This document shows positions 37,184-46,792 of a stretch of 49,676 nucleotides of DNA, piece by piece (within the stretch, counting starts at the first letter, position 1; every line of letters begins with the position of its first letter). The stretch comes from an uncultured Piscinibacter sp. Lineage in GTDB: Bacteria; Pseudomonadota; Gammaproteobacteria; Burkholderiales; Burkholderiaceae_C. The notes under the pieces are model-generated. The model had not been told where the DNA came from and searched no databases. It saw only the letters and a program-made list of their open reading frames with translations. The translations under genes were made by a program, and so were the position numbers. The DNA lies in NCBI GenBank assembly GCA_964628175.1, contig CAZVLY010000003.1, forward strand, positions 1-49,676. The letters run 5' to 3'.

Positions 37184-38151
37184 CGGGCCCGACACCCTTG
37201 CGCATGACGGTCCTGGGCAGCGGCTCGGTGGGTCTGGCCGTAGCCGCGAGCTTCGCCCAGGCCGGGCAGAGCGTGTCGCTGCTGGCCCGGGGTTCGGCGG
37301 TGGCCTTGCTGCGGGAACAGGGCATCACCGTCACCGGCGTGTGTGGCGATCACCGGATCGGGCCCGATCGGCTGCGTGTCTGCGACGCGGAAGCGCCCGA
37401 AACGCAAGACATCGCCTGCGACGTGCTGATCGTGGCCACGAAGGCCTATCAGGTCGCGCAGGTGCTGGAGGGCTTGATGCGCCATGCGGGGGCCGCCGTC
37501 GCGCCGAAGGCCGTTCTGCTGCTGCAGAACGGCTGGGGCTCGGCCGACGAGGCGCGCGCCGCCTTGCCGGCCGGCGTTCCGGTGTTCTCGAGCATCATGA
37601 TGATCGGCATCGAGAGACGCAGCCCCACGCACGTGAACGTCAATGTGCAGGCCAGCCCCATCCGGGTGGGCAGCTTGTTCGGTGCCGCGCCGCAAGGCAT
37701 GAAGGACGCCGTGGCGCGCGGGCAGGCCGGCTTCCTGCCGATCAGCTACGAGGACGAGATCGAACCCGCGATCCTCAACAAGTTCCTGTTCAACACCTGC
37801 CTCAATGCCATCGGCGCGATCACGCGCATGACCTACGGCGAGCTGGTGAGCAACGAACACGCCCGGCACCTGATCAGCCTGGTGGCCGACGAGACGATCC
37901 GGGTTGTCCTCGCTGAGCGACGGCTGGCGCTGGCCCCGGACGGCGCCACATACGTCGAGAAGACTTTGACGCCGTTCGTCTTGCCGAAGGCGGCCGCGCA
38001 TCGATCGTCGATGCTGCAGGACGTCGAGGCCGGGCGCCGAACCGAGATCGACTACCTCAACGGCGCCGTGGTCCGCATGGGTCAGGCACGCGGCATCGCC
38101 ACGCCGGCCAATGACGCGGTGGCGAGCCTCGTTCGTGCACGAGAAGCATAG
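37180..38151 (+). CDS. Ketopantoate reductase (PanE/ApbA) family protein
   Basis: LGSGSVG, ATKAY, LQNG, KFLFN, SSMLQDV..GRRTEIDYLNG; GTGA overlap with DUF1330. Confidence 0.88.
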   Translation: MTGPTPLRMTVLGSGSVGLAVAASFAQAGQSVSLLARGSAVALLREQGITVTGVCGDHRIGPDRLRVCDAEAPETQDIACDVLIVATKAYQVAQVLEGLMRHAGAAVAPKAVLLLQNGWGSADEARAALPAGVPVFSSIMMIGIERRSPTHVNVNVQASPIRVGSLFGAAPQGMKDAVARGQAGFLPISYEDEIEPAILNKFLFNTCLNAIGAITRMTYGELVSNEHARHLISLVADETIRVVLAERRLALAPDGATYVEKTLTPFVLPKAAAHRSSMLQDVEAGRRTEIDYLNGAVVRMGQARGIATPANDAVASLVRAREA

Positions 38152-38160
38152 GAAACTCCC

Positions 38161-38550
38161 ATGACCACCCCAGGCTTCGTCGCAACCCATGCCACGGACG
38201 CGCACTTCGAGCGCGGCCTGCGCGCCTTCTTCGAGTACCGCGACCTCGGCATCCGCGCGGCGACGCAGGGGCGGGTCGCCGCCCACGTGATCCGCGCCGC
38301 CGCGGGCAGCGAGTTCGCGAGCCAGCCGCACCTGCACCGCACCGAGTTCCAGCTCGTCTACGTGCTCAAGGGCTGGATCGAGTTCGAGTACGAGGGCCAG
38401 GGCCGCGTCCGGCTGGAGGCCGGCTCCTGCGTGCACCAGCCACCGGGCATTCGCCACCGCGAGCTGGGTCACAGCGACGATGTCGAGATGCTCGAGATCG
38501 TGCTGCCGGCGGACTTCGCGACCGAAGAGGTCGCATCCGTCGATGGCTAG
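38161..38550 (+). CDS. Cupin domain protein
   Basis: HLHRTEFQLVYVLKG, QPPGIRH. Confidence 0.88.
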   Translation: MTTPGFVATHATDAHFERGLRAFFEYRDLGIRAATQGRVAAHVIRAAAGSEFASQPHLHRTEFQLVYVLKGWIEFEYEGQGRVRLEAGSCVHQPPGIRHRELGHSDDVEMLEIVLPADFATEEVASVDG

Positions 38551-38663
38551 CGCCGGCCCCGGCGCCGTGCGCATGGAGCTGACCCGCGACGCCGCCGAAG
38601 GCCTGCGTGCCGATGCCTAGGCGAGCGCGACCGTGGCGCGCTCCGGCCAGCCGCGCCTGCGCT

Positions 38664-39074
38664 TCAGGGCACCAGGCGCTCCAGCTCCGGCCGCATGTCG
38701 GCAGCCTCGTGGATCGAGGCTTCGTTGCGGGCGCTGACGAACACCGCCGGCGTCGCGCCACGGTTCACGGCCACATGCGGCAGGCCGGCGGGAACGAAGA
38801 GGTAGTCGCCCGGGCGGGCCACGCTGCGCTGCTCGAGCCGATGGCCGGTCCACAACTCGACCTCTTCGCCGCGGAGCATGTAGTGCGCCGACTCGTGCTG
38901 GTGGATGTGCGCCTTCGTGCGCTGGCCCGGCTGCAGCGTGACGGTGCCGAGAAAGAGGCCGCACGAACCGACCGTTTCGGCACTGATGCCCGGCTCGTAG
39001 CGCGGGCCCTGCGCCGTGACGACGGCGTCGGATCCCTGCACGACGAAACGGGGGGTGGTCTGCCTGATGTCCAT
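38664..39074 (-). CDS. Cupin domain protein
   Basis: AGGAG RBS; AHIHQHE, PGDYLFVPAGLPH. Confidence 0.88.
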   Translation of the reverse strand: MDIRQTTPRFVVQGSDAVVTAQGPRYEPGISAETVGSCGLFLGTVTLQPGQRTKAHIHQHESAHYMLRGEEVELWTGHRLEQRSVARPGDYLFVPAGLPHVAVNRGATPAVFVSARNEASIHEAADMRPELERLVP

Positions 39075-39174
39075 GGGGTGCTCCTGGGGGTTGGCGGGCC
39101 TGCTGCCCGTGCCCGTACGATGCGCGGCCAGGCTCGGCGAGTCACTGAAGCGGCGCCGAAAAACTCCTAAATCG

Positions 39175-40704
39175 ATGGCCCGACGTTTCTCCTTCGGTCC
39201 CTTCCTGCTCGACACCGCGCGGGGCACGCTCACGCGCGACGGCTCGGCGGTGGCAGTGGGGCAGCGCGCACTGCGCATCCTGCAGGCGCTGCTCGAGGCC
39301 GGCGGCGAGCCGGTGACCAAGGCGGCCCTGATGGCGCAGGCCTGGCCGGGGCTCGTCGTGGAGGACAGCAACCTGTCGGTCCAGGTGACGGCGCTGCGCA
39401 AGGCGCTGGCCGCGGGCGGGGTGGACGGCGAGGCCGGCATCGTCACGGTGCCGCGGCTCGGCTACCGCCTGCCCGGCGCGGTGGCGGTGGAGGAGTCGCA
39501 GCTCGCCCCGCTGGACCACGGCGCCGTGGACCACGGCGGGCGGCCGAGCATCGCGGTGCTGCCCTTCGCGCACCTGGGCGACGACCCGGCGCAGGAGTAC
39601 CTGGCCGACGGCGTCACCGAGGCCCTGATCGCCACGCTGAGCCGCTTCCGCTGGTTCTCGGTCAGCGGGCGCGGCTCGAGCCAGGTCTACAAGCTCGCGC
39701 CGAAGGACAACCGCAGCGCGGCCGCCGAACTCGGCGTGCGCTACCTCGTCGAGGGCACGGTGCGCAAGTCCGCGGCGCGGCTGCGCATCTCGGTCCAGCT
39801 CGTCGACGCGCCGGCCGGCGCCTGCCTGTGGGCCGACCAGTACGACTTCGCGGATGCCGACCTGTTCGACGTGCAGGACGCGATCGTGCAGCAGGTGGCC
39901 GGGGCCATCGAGCCGGCGCTGCTGCGCAACGTCGCGGCGGCCGCACGGCAGCGCCGCGGCGGCCTCACCGCCTGGAGTCTCGTGGCCCAGGGCACCTGGC
40001 TGTTCCACCACGTCACCCGGCCCACGCACCTGAAGGCGCGCGAGCTGTTCAGGCAGGCGGCGCGCATCGACGCCGATCTCAACGAGGCGCGGCTGTGGAT
40101 CGGACGCGTGAGTGCCGGCCTGGTGGCCTACGGGTGGAGCGACGATCCGCCGCGCGACCTCGAGGAGGGCCGCGCCGCCGCGCTCGAGGCGGTGCAGGTG
40201 GACGAACAGAACCCCTACGCGCACTACGCGCTGGCCATCGTCGCCAACTACGGCGACGACTTCGCCCTCGCGCTGCGCAGCGCCGACAAGGCGATCGAGC
40301 TGAACCCGAGCTTCGCGCTCGGCCACCTCGTGCGTGGCATGGCCCTGCTGTTCGGCGGCGAGGCTGCGCGAGCCGCGGCCGCGCTGGAACTGGGCCTGAA
40401 GCTGAATCGCTACGACCCGCAGAACTTCGCCTGGTACACCTTCGCCTCGCTCGCGTTCCTGTTCGCCGGCGAGCCCGAGCGCGCCGCGGAGCGTGCGGTC
40501 GCCGCGCTGAAGGTGCGGCCCGCGTGGCGCTCGGCCCTGCGCGCAGCGGCCGCCGCCGGGGCGGCACGCGGACGCGAGGACGAGTGCGCCGACTGGCAGC
40601 GGCAATGGTCGGCGGCGCCACCGTCGGCCGACGCGCTCGCACCGCTGTGGCGACGCCAGCTGGCCTGGGCGGCCCGGATGGAGCAGTTCACGTGGCGGGC
40701 CTGA
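39175..40704 (+). CDS. Winged-helix (OmpR/CadC-type) regulator with TolB-N-like and TPR domains
   Basis: FSFGPF, NLSVQVTALRKAL, IVTVPRLGY, PSIAVLPF, YLVEGTVR, AIELNPSFA. Confidence 0.88.
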   Translation: MARRFSFGPFLLDTARGTLTRDGSAVAVGQRALRILQALLEAGGEPVTKAALMAQAWPGLVVEDSNLSVQVTALRKALAAGGVDGEAGIVTVPRLGYRLPGAVAVEESQLAPLDHGAVDHGGRPSIAVLPFAHLGDDPAQEYLADGVTEALIATLSRFRWFSVSGRGSSQVYKLAPKDNRSAAAELGVRYLVEGTVRKSAARLRISVQLVDAPAGACLWADQYDFADADLFDVQDAIVQQVAGAIEPALLRNVAAAARQRRGGLTAWSLVAQGTWLFHHVTRPTHLKARELFRQAARIDADLNEARLWIGRVSAGLVAYGWSDDPPRDLEEGRAAALEAVQVDEQNPYAHYALAIVANYGDDFALALRSADKAIELNPSFALGHLVRGMALLFGGEAARAAAALELGLKLNRYDPQNFAWYTFASLAFLFAGEPERAAERAVAALKVRPAWRSALRAAAAAGAARGREDECADWQRQWSAAPPSADALAPLWRRQLAWAARMEQFTWRA

Positions 40705-40746
40705 GAGGCGCGCCGTCGGTGCCGGGCAGGCCCCACCCGACCCGCT

Positions 40747-40880
40747 TCAGGCGCCGGCATCTTCCAGCCGGATGAGCCGCTTGCCCAGGTCCTCGCCGCG
40801 GTACAGCCCGGCAATGTCGCCGGGGCCTGCTCGATGCCGTCCAGGATGTCTTCGCGGTAGCGCAGCCGGCCGTCAGTCAC
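40747..40880 (-). pseudogene. C-terminal remnant of an NADP-dependent (CurA/PTGR-like) oxidoreductase
   Basis: DGRLRYREDILDGIEQAP, a frameshift, then IAGLYRGEDLGKRLIRL. Confidence 0.7.
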
Positions 40881-40910
40881 GACCTTTCGGATCCTCACGG
40901 TGAGCTGGGG

Positions 40911-42329
40911 TCACACCTTCGCGGTCTTCCAGCGCCCCCGCGTGAAGAGCCACAGCGTGAACAAGCCGACGGCTGTCTCCGACACGAACACGCCCCAGAA
41001 CACGCCCGAGTGCGCCCAGCCCATCGGCAGTGCCAGGGCCCAGGCCAGCGGGATCTGGATCATCCAGAAGAACACCAGGTTGATCCAGGTCGGCGTCGCG
41101 GTATCCCCCGCGCCATTGAAGGCTTGCACCGACACCATCCACCATCCGTAGACGAAGTACGAGTAGGACAGGATCGAGAGCCACTCGCCGCCGATGGCGA
41201 TGACGGCCGCATCGTCGGTGAACAGGGCGATCAGTCGGTCGTTGAACAGGAAGAACACGACCGAGACCGCGAGGGTGAAGGCCATGTTCATCCAGCCGAT
41301 GTGCCAGACGGCAGCTTCGGCGCGCGCGGGCTGGCCGGCGCCGAGGTTCTGGCCCACCAGCGTGGCCGCCGCGTTGGACATGCCCCAGGCCGGCATCAAG
41401 GTGAACATCATGATGCGCAGCGTGATCGTCGCCCCGGCCACCGCTTCCGTCGACAGGCTGGCGAGGATGCGCATGACAAAGATCCAGGCCGTCATGCCGA
41501 TGATCATCTGGCCGATGCCGCCGAGCGACGTGCGCACGATCTGCAGCAGCGTCGCGCCGTGAAGGCGCAAGCTGGCGCGCACGATGTGCAGGTGTTCGCT
41601 GCCGCGCGCCAGGATCGCCAGTTGCATCAGCACGCCTGCGCCGCGACCGATGTTGGTGGCGATCGCGGCCCCCTCGATGCCAAGCGCCGGGATGGGCCCC
41701 AGGCCGAAGATCAGGATCGGATCGAGCACGATGTTCAAGGCATTGGCGACCCAGAGCACGCGCATCGCCGCCGCCGCGTCGCCCGCACCGCGGAAGATCG
41801 CGTTGATGACGAACAGCAGCAGGATCACCGCATTGCCGCCGAGCATCCACTGCGTATAGCGGTAGCCGTGGGCGATCGACCAGGCATCCGCGCCCATCAG
41901 CCGCAGCAGGTCCTGCGCCCAGACAATGCCCACCACGGCGAACGGCACCGAGACGAACACCGCCACGGCGATCGCCTGCACCGCCGACAGCGCGGCTTCC
42001 TCGCCGCGCTGTTCGCCCACGCGCCTGGCGACGATGGCCGTGACCGCCATCGACAGGCCCATGGCGACCGAGTACAGCAGGAACAGGTAGGTCTCGGTCA
42101 GTCCGACCGTGGCCACCGCCGACGGGCCGAGCTTGGCAACGAAGAAGATGTCGACGACCGCGAAGGCCGACTCGAGCACCAGTTCCAGCATCATGGGCAC
42201 GGCCAGCAGCAGCACCGCGCGCTTCAGCGGGATGCGTGTGTAGTCGGCGTTGGTGCCGCGCAAGGCAGCACGCAGATCGGCCCACAGCGATGGTGCCGGT
42301 GCAGCCATGGACTCAGAGCTTGCGTTCAA
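40911..42329 (-). CDS. MATE family efflux transporter
   Basis: LAVPMMLE, VDIFFV, IFRGAGD, NIVLDPILIFG, VGQNLGA, FNGAGDT; many hydrophobic helices. Confidence 0.93.
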   Translation of the reverse strand: MNASSESMAAPAPSLWADLRAALRGTNADYTRIPLKRAVLLLAVPMMLELVLESAFAVVDIFFVAKLGPSAVATVGLTETYLFLLYSVAMGLSMAVTAIVARRVGEQRGEEAALSAVQAIAVAVFVSVPFAVVGIVWAQDLLRLMGADAWSIAHGYRYTQWMLGGNAVILLLFVINAIFRGAGDAAAAMRVLWVANALNIVLDPILIFGLGPIPALGIEGAAIATNIGRGAGVLMQLAILARGSEHLHIVRASLRLHGATLLQIVRTSLGGIGQMIIGMTAWIFVMRILASLSTEAVAGATITLRIMMFTLMPAWGMSNAAATLVGQNLGAGQPARAEAAVWHIGWMNMAFTLAVSVVFFLFNDRLIALFTDDAAVIAIGGEWLSILSYSYFVYGWWMVSVQAFNGAGDTATPTWINLVFFWMIQIPLAWALALPMGWAHSGVFWGVFVSETAVGLFTLWLFTRGRWKTAKV

Positions 42330-42348
42330 GGTCGCTCCGATCCTGCAC

Positions 42349-42828
42349 TCAGCCGCGCCGGGCCGCTTCGATGGCGGCGATGTCGATCTTGGTCATCTCC
42401 ATCATGGCGTCGAAGACGCGCTTGGCCGCCGCGCGGTCGGGATCGGCGATCGCGGCCATGAGCACGCGCGGCGTGATCTGCCACGACAGGCCCCACTTGT
42501 CCTTGCACCAGCCGCAGGCGCTCGCCTGGCCGCCGTGGCCGATGATCGCGTTCCACAGGCGGTCGGTTTCTTCCTGGTCGTCGGTGGCCACCTGGAACGA
42601 GAACGCCTCGCTGTGCTTGAACGCCGGCCCGCCGTTGAGGCCCAGGCAGGGAATGCCCATCACGGTGAACTCGACGGTCAGGACGTCGCCTCCCTTGCCC
42701 GACGGATAGTCACCGGGTGCGCGATGGATCGCACCGACCGCGCTGTTCGGGAACGTCGCTGCGTAGAACTGCGCCGCGTCGACGGCGGCGCCGTCGAACC
42801 ACAGACAGATCGTGTTCTTGCTCATCAT
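42349..42828 (-). CDS. VOC family protein (PhnB / 3-demethylubiquinone-9 3-methyltransferase-like)
   Basis: ICLWFD, LNGGP.F, CGWCKDKWGLSWQI. Confidence 0.9.
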   Translation of the reverse strand: MMSKNTICLWFDGAAVDAAQFYAATFPNSAVGAIHRAPGDYPSGKGGDVLTVEFTVMGIPCLGLNGGPAFKHSEAFSFQVATDDQEETDRLWNAIIGHGGQASACGWCKDKWGLSWQITPRVLMAAIADPDRAAAKRVFDAMMEMTKIDIAAIEAARRG

Positions 42829-43005
42829 GTTCGCTCTCCAGGTGGTTTCAGGGGCAGGGTGGCGTCATTGCCTTCGCGACGAACGAACGGCATCGGAATC
42901 GACATCCCGCGCAGGGCGAACCTTAGGCCCGTTGCCGGCGCCGGCAAAGGTCCAGTCGGGCGACGCCCCGCAGAACCACCGCGCCGGTGCGATGCCCGCA
43001 TCGCG

Positions 43006-44439
43006 CTAGCCTGGCCTGATCTCGTCCATGCACGCGGCCAGCAGCGCACTGGCCGCGCTCAGCTGCTTGGCCGACAACGCGGCATATCCCAGCAACAGGC
43101 CATTGGGCGCCGGCTGGTGCCTGAAGTGCGGTCCGATCGACTGCACGCCGACGCCGCGCTCCAGCGCCAGACCGACGAGCGACTCGACCTCGCGCTCCGT
43201 CCAGCCCCGCAACCAGCCGACCACGTGCATGCCGGCGCCCGAGTCGTGCACGGTGACGTGACGCGAGCAAGGCCCGGCCAGGCCCGCGAGCAGCGCCGCA
43301 CGGCGCCGCTTCAGTTCGGCCGTGGCATGGCGCAGATGACGCTCGAAGGCGCCGCTGACGATCAGGTCGGCCAGCGCGAGCTGCGCGATGCCGGGGCAGC
43401 CCAGGTCGTCGAGCAGCTTGGCGCGCAGCAGGTCGTTGCGCAGGCCCGGCGGGCAGATCAGGTAGCCCAGGCGCAGCGCCGGAAACAGCACCTTCGAGAA
43501 GCTGCCGACGTAGAGCACACGCCCGGCGCTGTCGAGCGAGCGCAGCGCGGGCTGCAGCGGCCCGTTGAAGCGAAACTCGCCGTCGTAGTCATCCTCGATG
43601 ATCCAGGCGCCGTGGCGGTCGGCATAGTCCAGCAGCGCCAGGCGGCGCTCGAACGACATCACCGCACCGGAAGGAAACTGGTGGGAGGGCGTGACCAGCA
43701 CGGCACGCACGCCGGCGGCCGGCAGCTGCGCGACCATCAGGCCCGCGGCGTCGACCCCCACCGAGCGCACGCTGGCGCCGTGGGCACGCAGTGCCATGTC
43801 GATCAGCGGGTAGCTCGGGTCCTCGATCGCCACCGCGTCGCCCTCGTCGACCAGCACGCGCACGGCCAGCGACACCGCCTGCTGCGCTCCGCTGACCACG
43901 ATGACGTCGTCGGCGCTGCAGCCGATGCCACGGCGGCGCCCGACCTGCTCGGCGATCGCCTGGCGCAGTTCGAGCAAGCCTGCGGCGGGGGCGTAACGCA
44001 GGTTGGAGCGCGTCACCGCCCGCCCGAGCGCGCGGCGCCACGCGCTGACGAAGCGCAGGTCCAGGATTGGCTCGCCGTACTGCAGGTCGTAGCGCAGCGC
44101 CGCTGCGGCCGGCCGCAGGCGCAGCGGCCCCAGCTTGCGCAGGCGAGCCGCGTAGTGCGACTGTGCGGCTACCGCCGCGGCACCGGCGGCGCGTGGCCGC
44201 GCCGCCGCGGTCGCGGCGACGAAGGTGCCGGCGCCCGTACGGGACTCGATCAGCTGCTCGGCATGGAGCATCTCGTACGCCGTGACCACGGTATTGCGCG
44301 ACAGCGACAGGTCCTGCGCCATCGCGCGCGTCGAGGGCAGGCGCGTGCCGATGGGCATGCGTCCTTCCAGGACTGCGCGCTTGATCGCACGTGCCAACTG
44401 AGCGTACAGATCGCCATTGCCGTCGAGCTCGAGGAACAT
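43006..44439 (-). CDS. MocR-type GntR regulator with PLP aminotransferase domain
   Basis: RLPSTR, SRNTV, TPSHQFPSG, IIEDDYDGEF, GSFSKVLFPALRLGY. Confidence 0.93.
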   Translation of the reverse strand: MFLELDGNGDLYAQLARAIKRAVLEGRMPIGTRLPSTRAMAQDLSLSRNTVVTAYEMLHAEQLIESRTGAGTFVAATAAARPRAAGAAAVAAQSHYAARLRKLGPLRLRPAAAALRYDLQYGEPILDLRFVSAWRRALGRAVTRSNLRYAPAAGLLELRQAIAEQVGRRRGIGCSADDVIVVSGAQQAVSLAVRVLVDEGDAVAIEDPSYPLIDMALRAHGASVRSVGVDAAGLMVAQLPAAGVRAVLVTPSHQFPSGAVMSFERRLALLDYADRHGAWIIEDDYDGEFRFNGPLQPALRSLDSAGRVLYVGSFSKVLFPALRLGYLICPPGLRNDLLRAKLLDDLGCPGIAQLALADLIVSGAFERHLRHATAELKRRRAALLAGLAGPCSRHVTVHDSGAGMHVVGWLRGWTEREVESLVGLALERGVGVQSIGPHFRHQPAPNGLLLGYAALSAKQLSAASALLAACMDEIRPG

Positions 44440-44692
44440 CCTGGCACCGCGTCGCCACCGGCACTCTGCGGTCGTGAGAAGGGGTTGTCGATGGTACCGC
44501 CGTGCGCTTGAACGCCCGCACGCCTGCAGGGGCGGCAAGCGCTTCGCACCGCGGCCCGAGCCACGTGCAGGAGCGCCGGGGCGCCCGTCGTCGCGACGCA
44601 ATGGACCTTCGACACCACGCCGAACTGGCCCTTCGGATTGCGCAGGTGCCACGGCACATTCACGGCTTCCCAACACGTCCCGGACCTTCCCC

Positions 44693-45082
44693 ATGCCAAC
44701 GCCCGATGTCCTCGAACGCTTCATTGCCTGTGTCGAGTCGAACGCGCACGTCGAGGCGATCGAGGCGTTCTACGCCGAACAGGCGTCGATGCAGGAGAAC
44801 CAGTCGCCGCCCCGGGTCGGCCGCGAGCGGCTGGTGGCCCATGAGCGAGGCGTGCTGGCACGGGCGCGGCAGGTGAATTCGTCGTGCGTGCGTCCGGTCT
44901 TCGTGAGCGGCGATCATGTCGTGATCCGCTGGGTGTTCGAGTTCGAGTGGCACGACGGCGGCCGCTCGCGCATCGAGGAACTGGCCTATCAGCAGTGGCT
45001 CGGCGATCGCATCGTGCGGGAGCAGTTCTTCTACGACCCTGCACAGATGAAGCCGGTGCACGCACTGTCCCAACCCCGGTAG
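44693..45082 (+). CDS. SnoaL/NTF2-like protein
   Basis: FYAEQASMQEN, IEELAYQQW, IVREQFFYD. Confidence 0.85.
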   Translation: MPTPDVLERFIACVESNAHVEAIEAFYAEQASMQENQSPPRVGRERLVAHERGVLARARQVNSSCVRPVFVSGDHVVIRWVFEFEWHDGGRSRIEELAYQQWLGDRIVREQFFYDPAQMKPVHALSQPR

Positions 45083-45161
45083 CAGACCGAACCGGGTCTT
45101 GCTCCGCCGGGCGGAGTCCGGGCACGGCTGCGTCGGTTCGCGCAGGCCGCGTCAGCAGCGC

Positions 45162-45192
45162 TTGACTTCGAGTCCACTCGAGCTTGTGCAAT
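45162..45192 (+). promoter_or_regulatory. MerR-type promoter/operator
   Basis: TTGACT-19 bp-TGCAAT with dyad TCGAGT-cc-ACTCGA. Confidence 0.75.
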
Positions 45193-45224
45193 CGGTCCGT
45201 TCACAAACGAAAGGACGACTTGTC

Positions 45225-45629
45225 ATGATTGCCAACACACACAAGAAACTCATCGAGTCGGTGTTCGCCGCGCTCGCACAGGGCGACACCCAGGCCTTCG
45301 CCGACGCCATGGCCGACGACTTCAGCTGGACCATCAGCGGCCACGGCCCCTGGAGCCGCACCTGGCGCGGAAAGCATCGCGTGCGCCGGGAACTGATGGC
45401 GCCGCTGTTCGCACAGTTCTCCGGCACCTATCGCAACCGGGCGACGCGCATCCTTGCCGATGGCGACGTGATCGTCGTGGAGTGTCGCGGCGAGGTGATG
45501 ACCCAGGCGGGCCGGCGCTACGACAATCACTACTGCTACGTCATCGAGATGCGCGACGGCCAGATGCACGCCCTGACCGAGTACATGGATACCGCCCTGG
45601 CCGAAGCTGTCCTGGCCGCACCCGCATGA
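45225..45629 (+). CDS. SnoaL/NTF2-like (ketosteroid-isomerase-like) protein
   Basis: AAGGA RBS; MADDFSWTI, YDNHYCYV, EYMDTAL. Confidence 0.88.
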   Translation: MIANTHKKLIESVFAALAQGDTQAFADAMADDFSWTISGHGPWSRTWRGKHRVRRELMAPLFAQFSGTYRNRATRILADGDVIVVECRGEVMTQAGRRYDNHYCYVIEMRDGQMHALTEYMDTALAEAVLAAPA

Positions 45630-46096
45630 GCGCATCGCCCGGCCTGCGCATCGGCGAGCTGGCCGCGCGCTGCGGGCGCAGCGTGCACGCCATCCGCTGG
45701 TACGAGTCGCAGGGTCTCATCCCAGGCGTGACGCGCGACGCGTCGGGGCGGCGCCGGTTCACCCAGAAGCATGTCCAGTGGCTGGGCCTGATCGATCGCT
45801 TGCGCGATGCCGGCTTGAGCGTCACGCAGATCCGCGCCTACGCCGAGCTGGTGGACCAGGGGCGCTCGACGCTCGGTGAACAGCGCGCGATGCTCGCCGT
45901 GCACCGCGACCGCGTGGCCGCGACGATCGAGGCGTGGCAGGCCTCGCTCGCGCTGCTCGACGCCAAACTCGGCTTCTACGACGAGTGGATCGCGACGGGT
46001 CGGCGTCCGTCGGCGGAATCGACCCGGCGCAAGGAGGCCGCGGCATCGCGCGCCGCGAAGAGCCGGGCGGGAGGGCGCGCAGCGAAGCCCCGGTAG
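45626..46096 (+). CDS. MerR family transcriptional regulator
   Basis: IGELAARCGRSVHAIRWYESQGLIP, RDASGRRRF; ATGA-coupled to the upstream gene. Confidence 0.9.
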   Translation: MSASPGLRIGELAARCGRSVHAIRWYESQGLIPGVTRDASGRRRFTQKHVQWLGLIDRLRDAGLSVTQIRAYAELVDQGRSTLGEQRAMLAVHRDRVAATIEAWQASLALLDAKLGFYDEWIATGRRPSAESTRRKEAAASRAAKSRAGGRAAKPR

Positions 46097-46181
46097 CGCG
46101 AGTCCCACCCAGGTGCGTTCAGGGGCGCGGCGGACTGCCGTCGCAGTCGGTGTCCGCCCTGTCGCCTGCCATCGTCGACGC

Positions 46182-46760
46182 TCAGATCAGGTTCACGCCG
46201 ATCAGCCAGCCGTGCCCGCCCATCACGAACAGCCCGTACAGGGCCAGCCCGCCCACCAGCGCGATCGCGTCGTTCAGGGGCCCGGCCGGTGCGCCGGGCA
46301 CGGCGCGGGCCACCCGCCGCTTCATCGAGATGCGGTCGGCCACCGCCCAGGCGAGAAAGCCGCCGAACAGCAGCACGTCGGCCAGGTTGCCGTTGGCCAG
46401 CAGGTGCGCCGTGGCCCACAGCTTGGTCGCCAGCAGCATCGGGTGCCGGGCCGCCGACTTGATGCGCCCGGGCAGGTAGGCGGCCAGCAGCAGCACGAAC
46501 ACCGGCAGCATCAGCAGCAGCGCGACGTGGCGCAGCGCGGTGGGCGGCGTGTACAGCAGCACCGGCGCCTGCCGCGCCTGGCCGTAGCCGTAGATGATCA
46601 GCGCGAAGCCGACGATCGAGAGCAGCGAGTAGATGCCCTTCCAGGCGTTCTCGCCGCGCTGCGCCACCTGCGCGTCGCGCCAGGCCGGCGCGAGGATCGA
46701 CACCGAGTGCAGGCCGAGGAAGATCAGCAGGCCGAGGATCAGCAGGGTCATGTCGCGCAT
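46182..46760 (-). CDS. NnrU family membrane protein
   Basis: FLGLHSV, WKGIYSL, RHPML..KLWATAHLLANG; start could be 46751. Confidence 0.88.
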   Translation of the reverse strand: MRDMTLLILGLLIFLGLHSVSILAPAWRDAQVAQRGENAWKGIYSLLSIVGFALIIYGYGQARQAPVLLYTPPTALRHVALLLMLPVFVLLLAAYLPGRIKSAARHPMLLATKLWATAHLLANGNLADVLLFGGFLAWAVADRISMKRRVARAVPGAPAGPLNDAIALVGGLALYGLFVMGGHGWLIGVNLI

Positions 46761-46792
46761 CCGTGAATGGGGATGCGCGAGAGTCTAGACGC

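Noticed and set aside
39512-39538. Short duplication TGGACCACGGCG x2 in the wHTH-TPR gene
   Set aside because: In-frame linker micro-duplication (DHGAVDHGG) with no evident significance.
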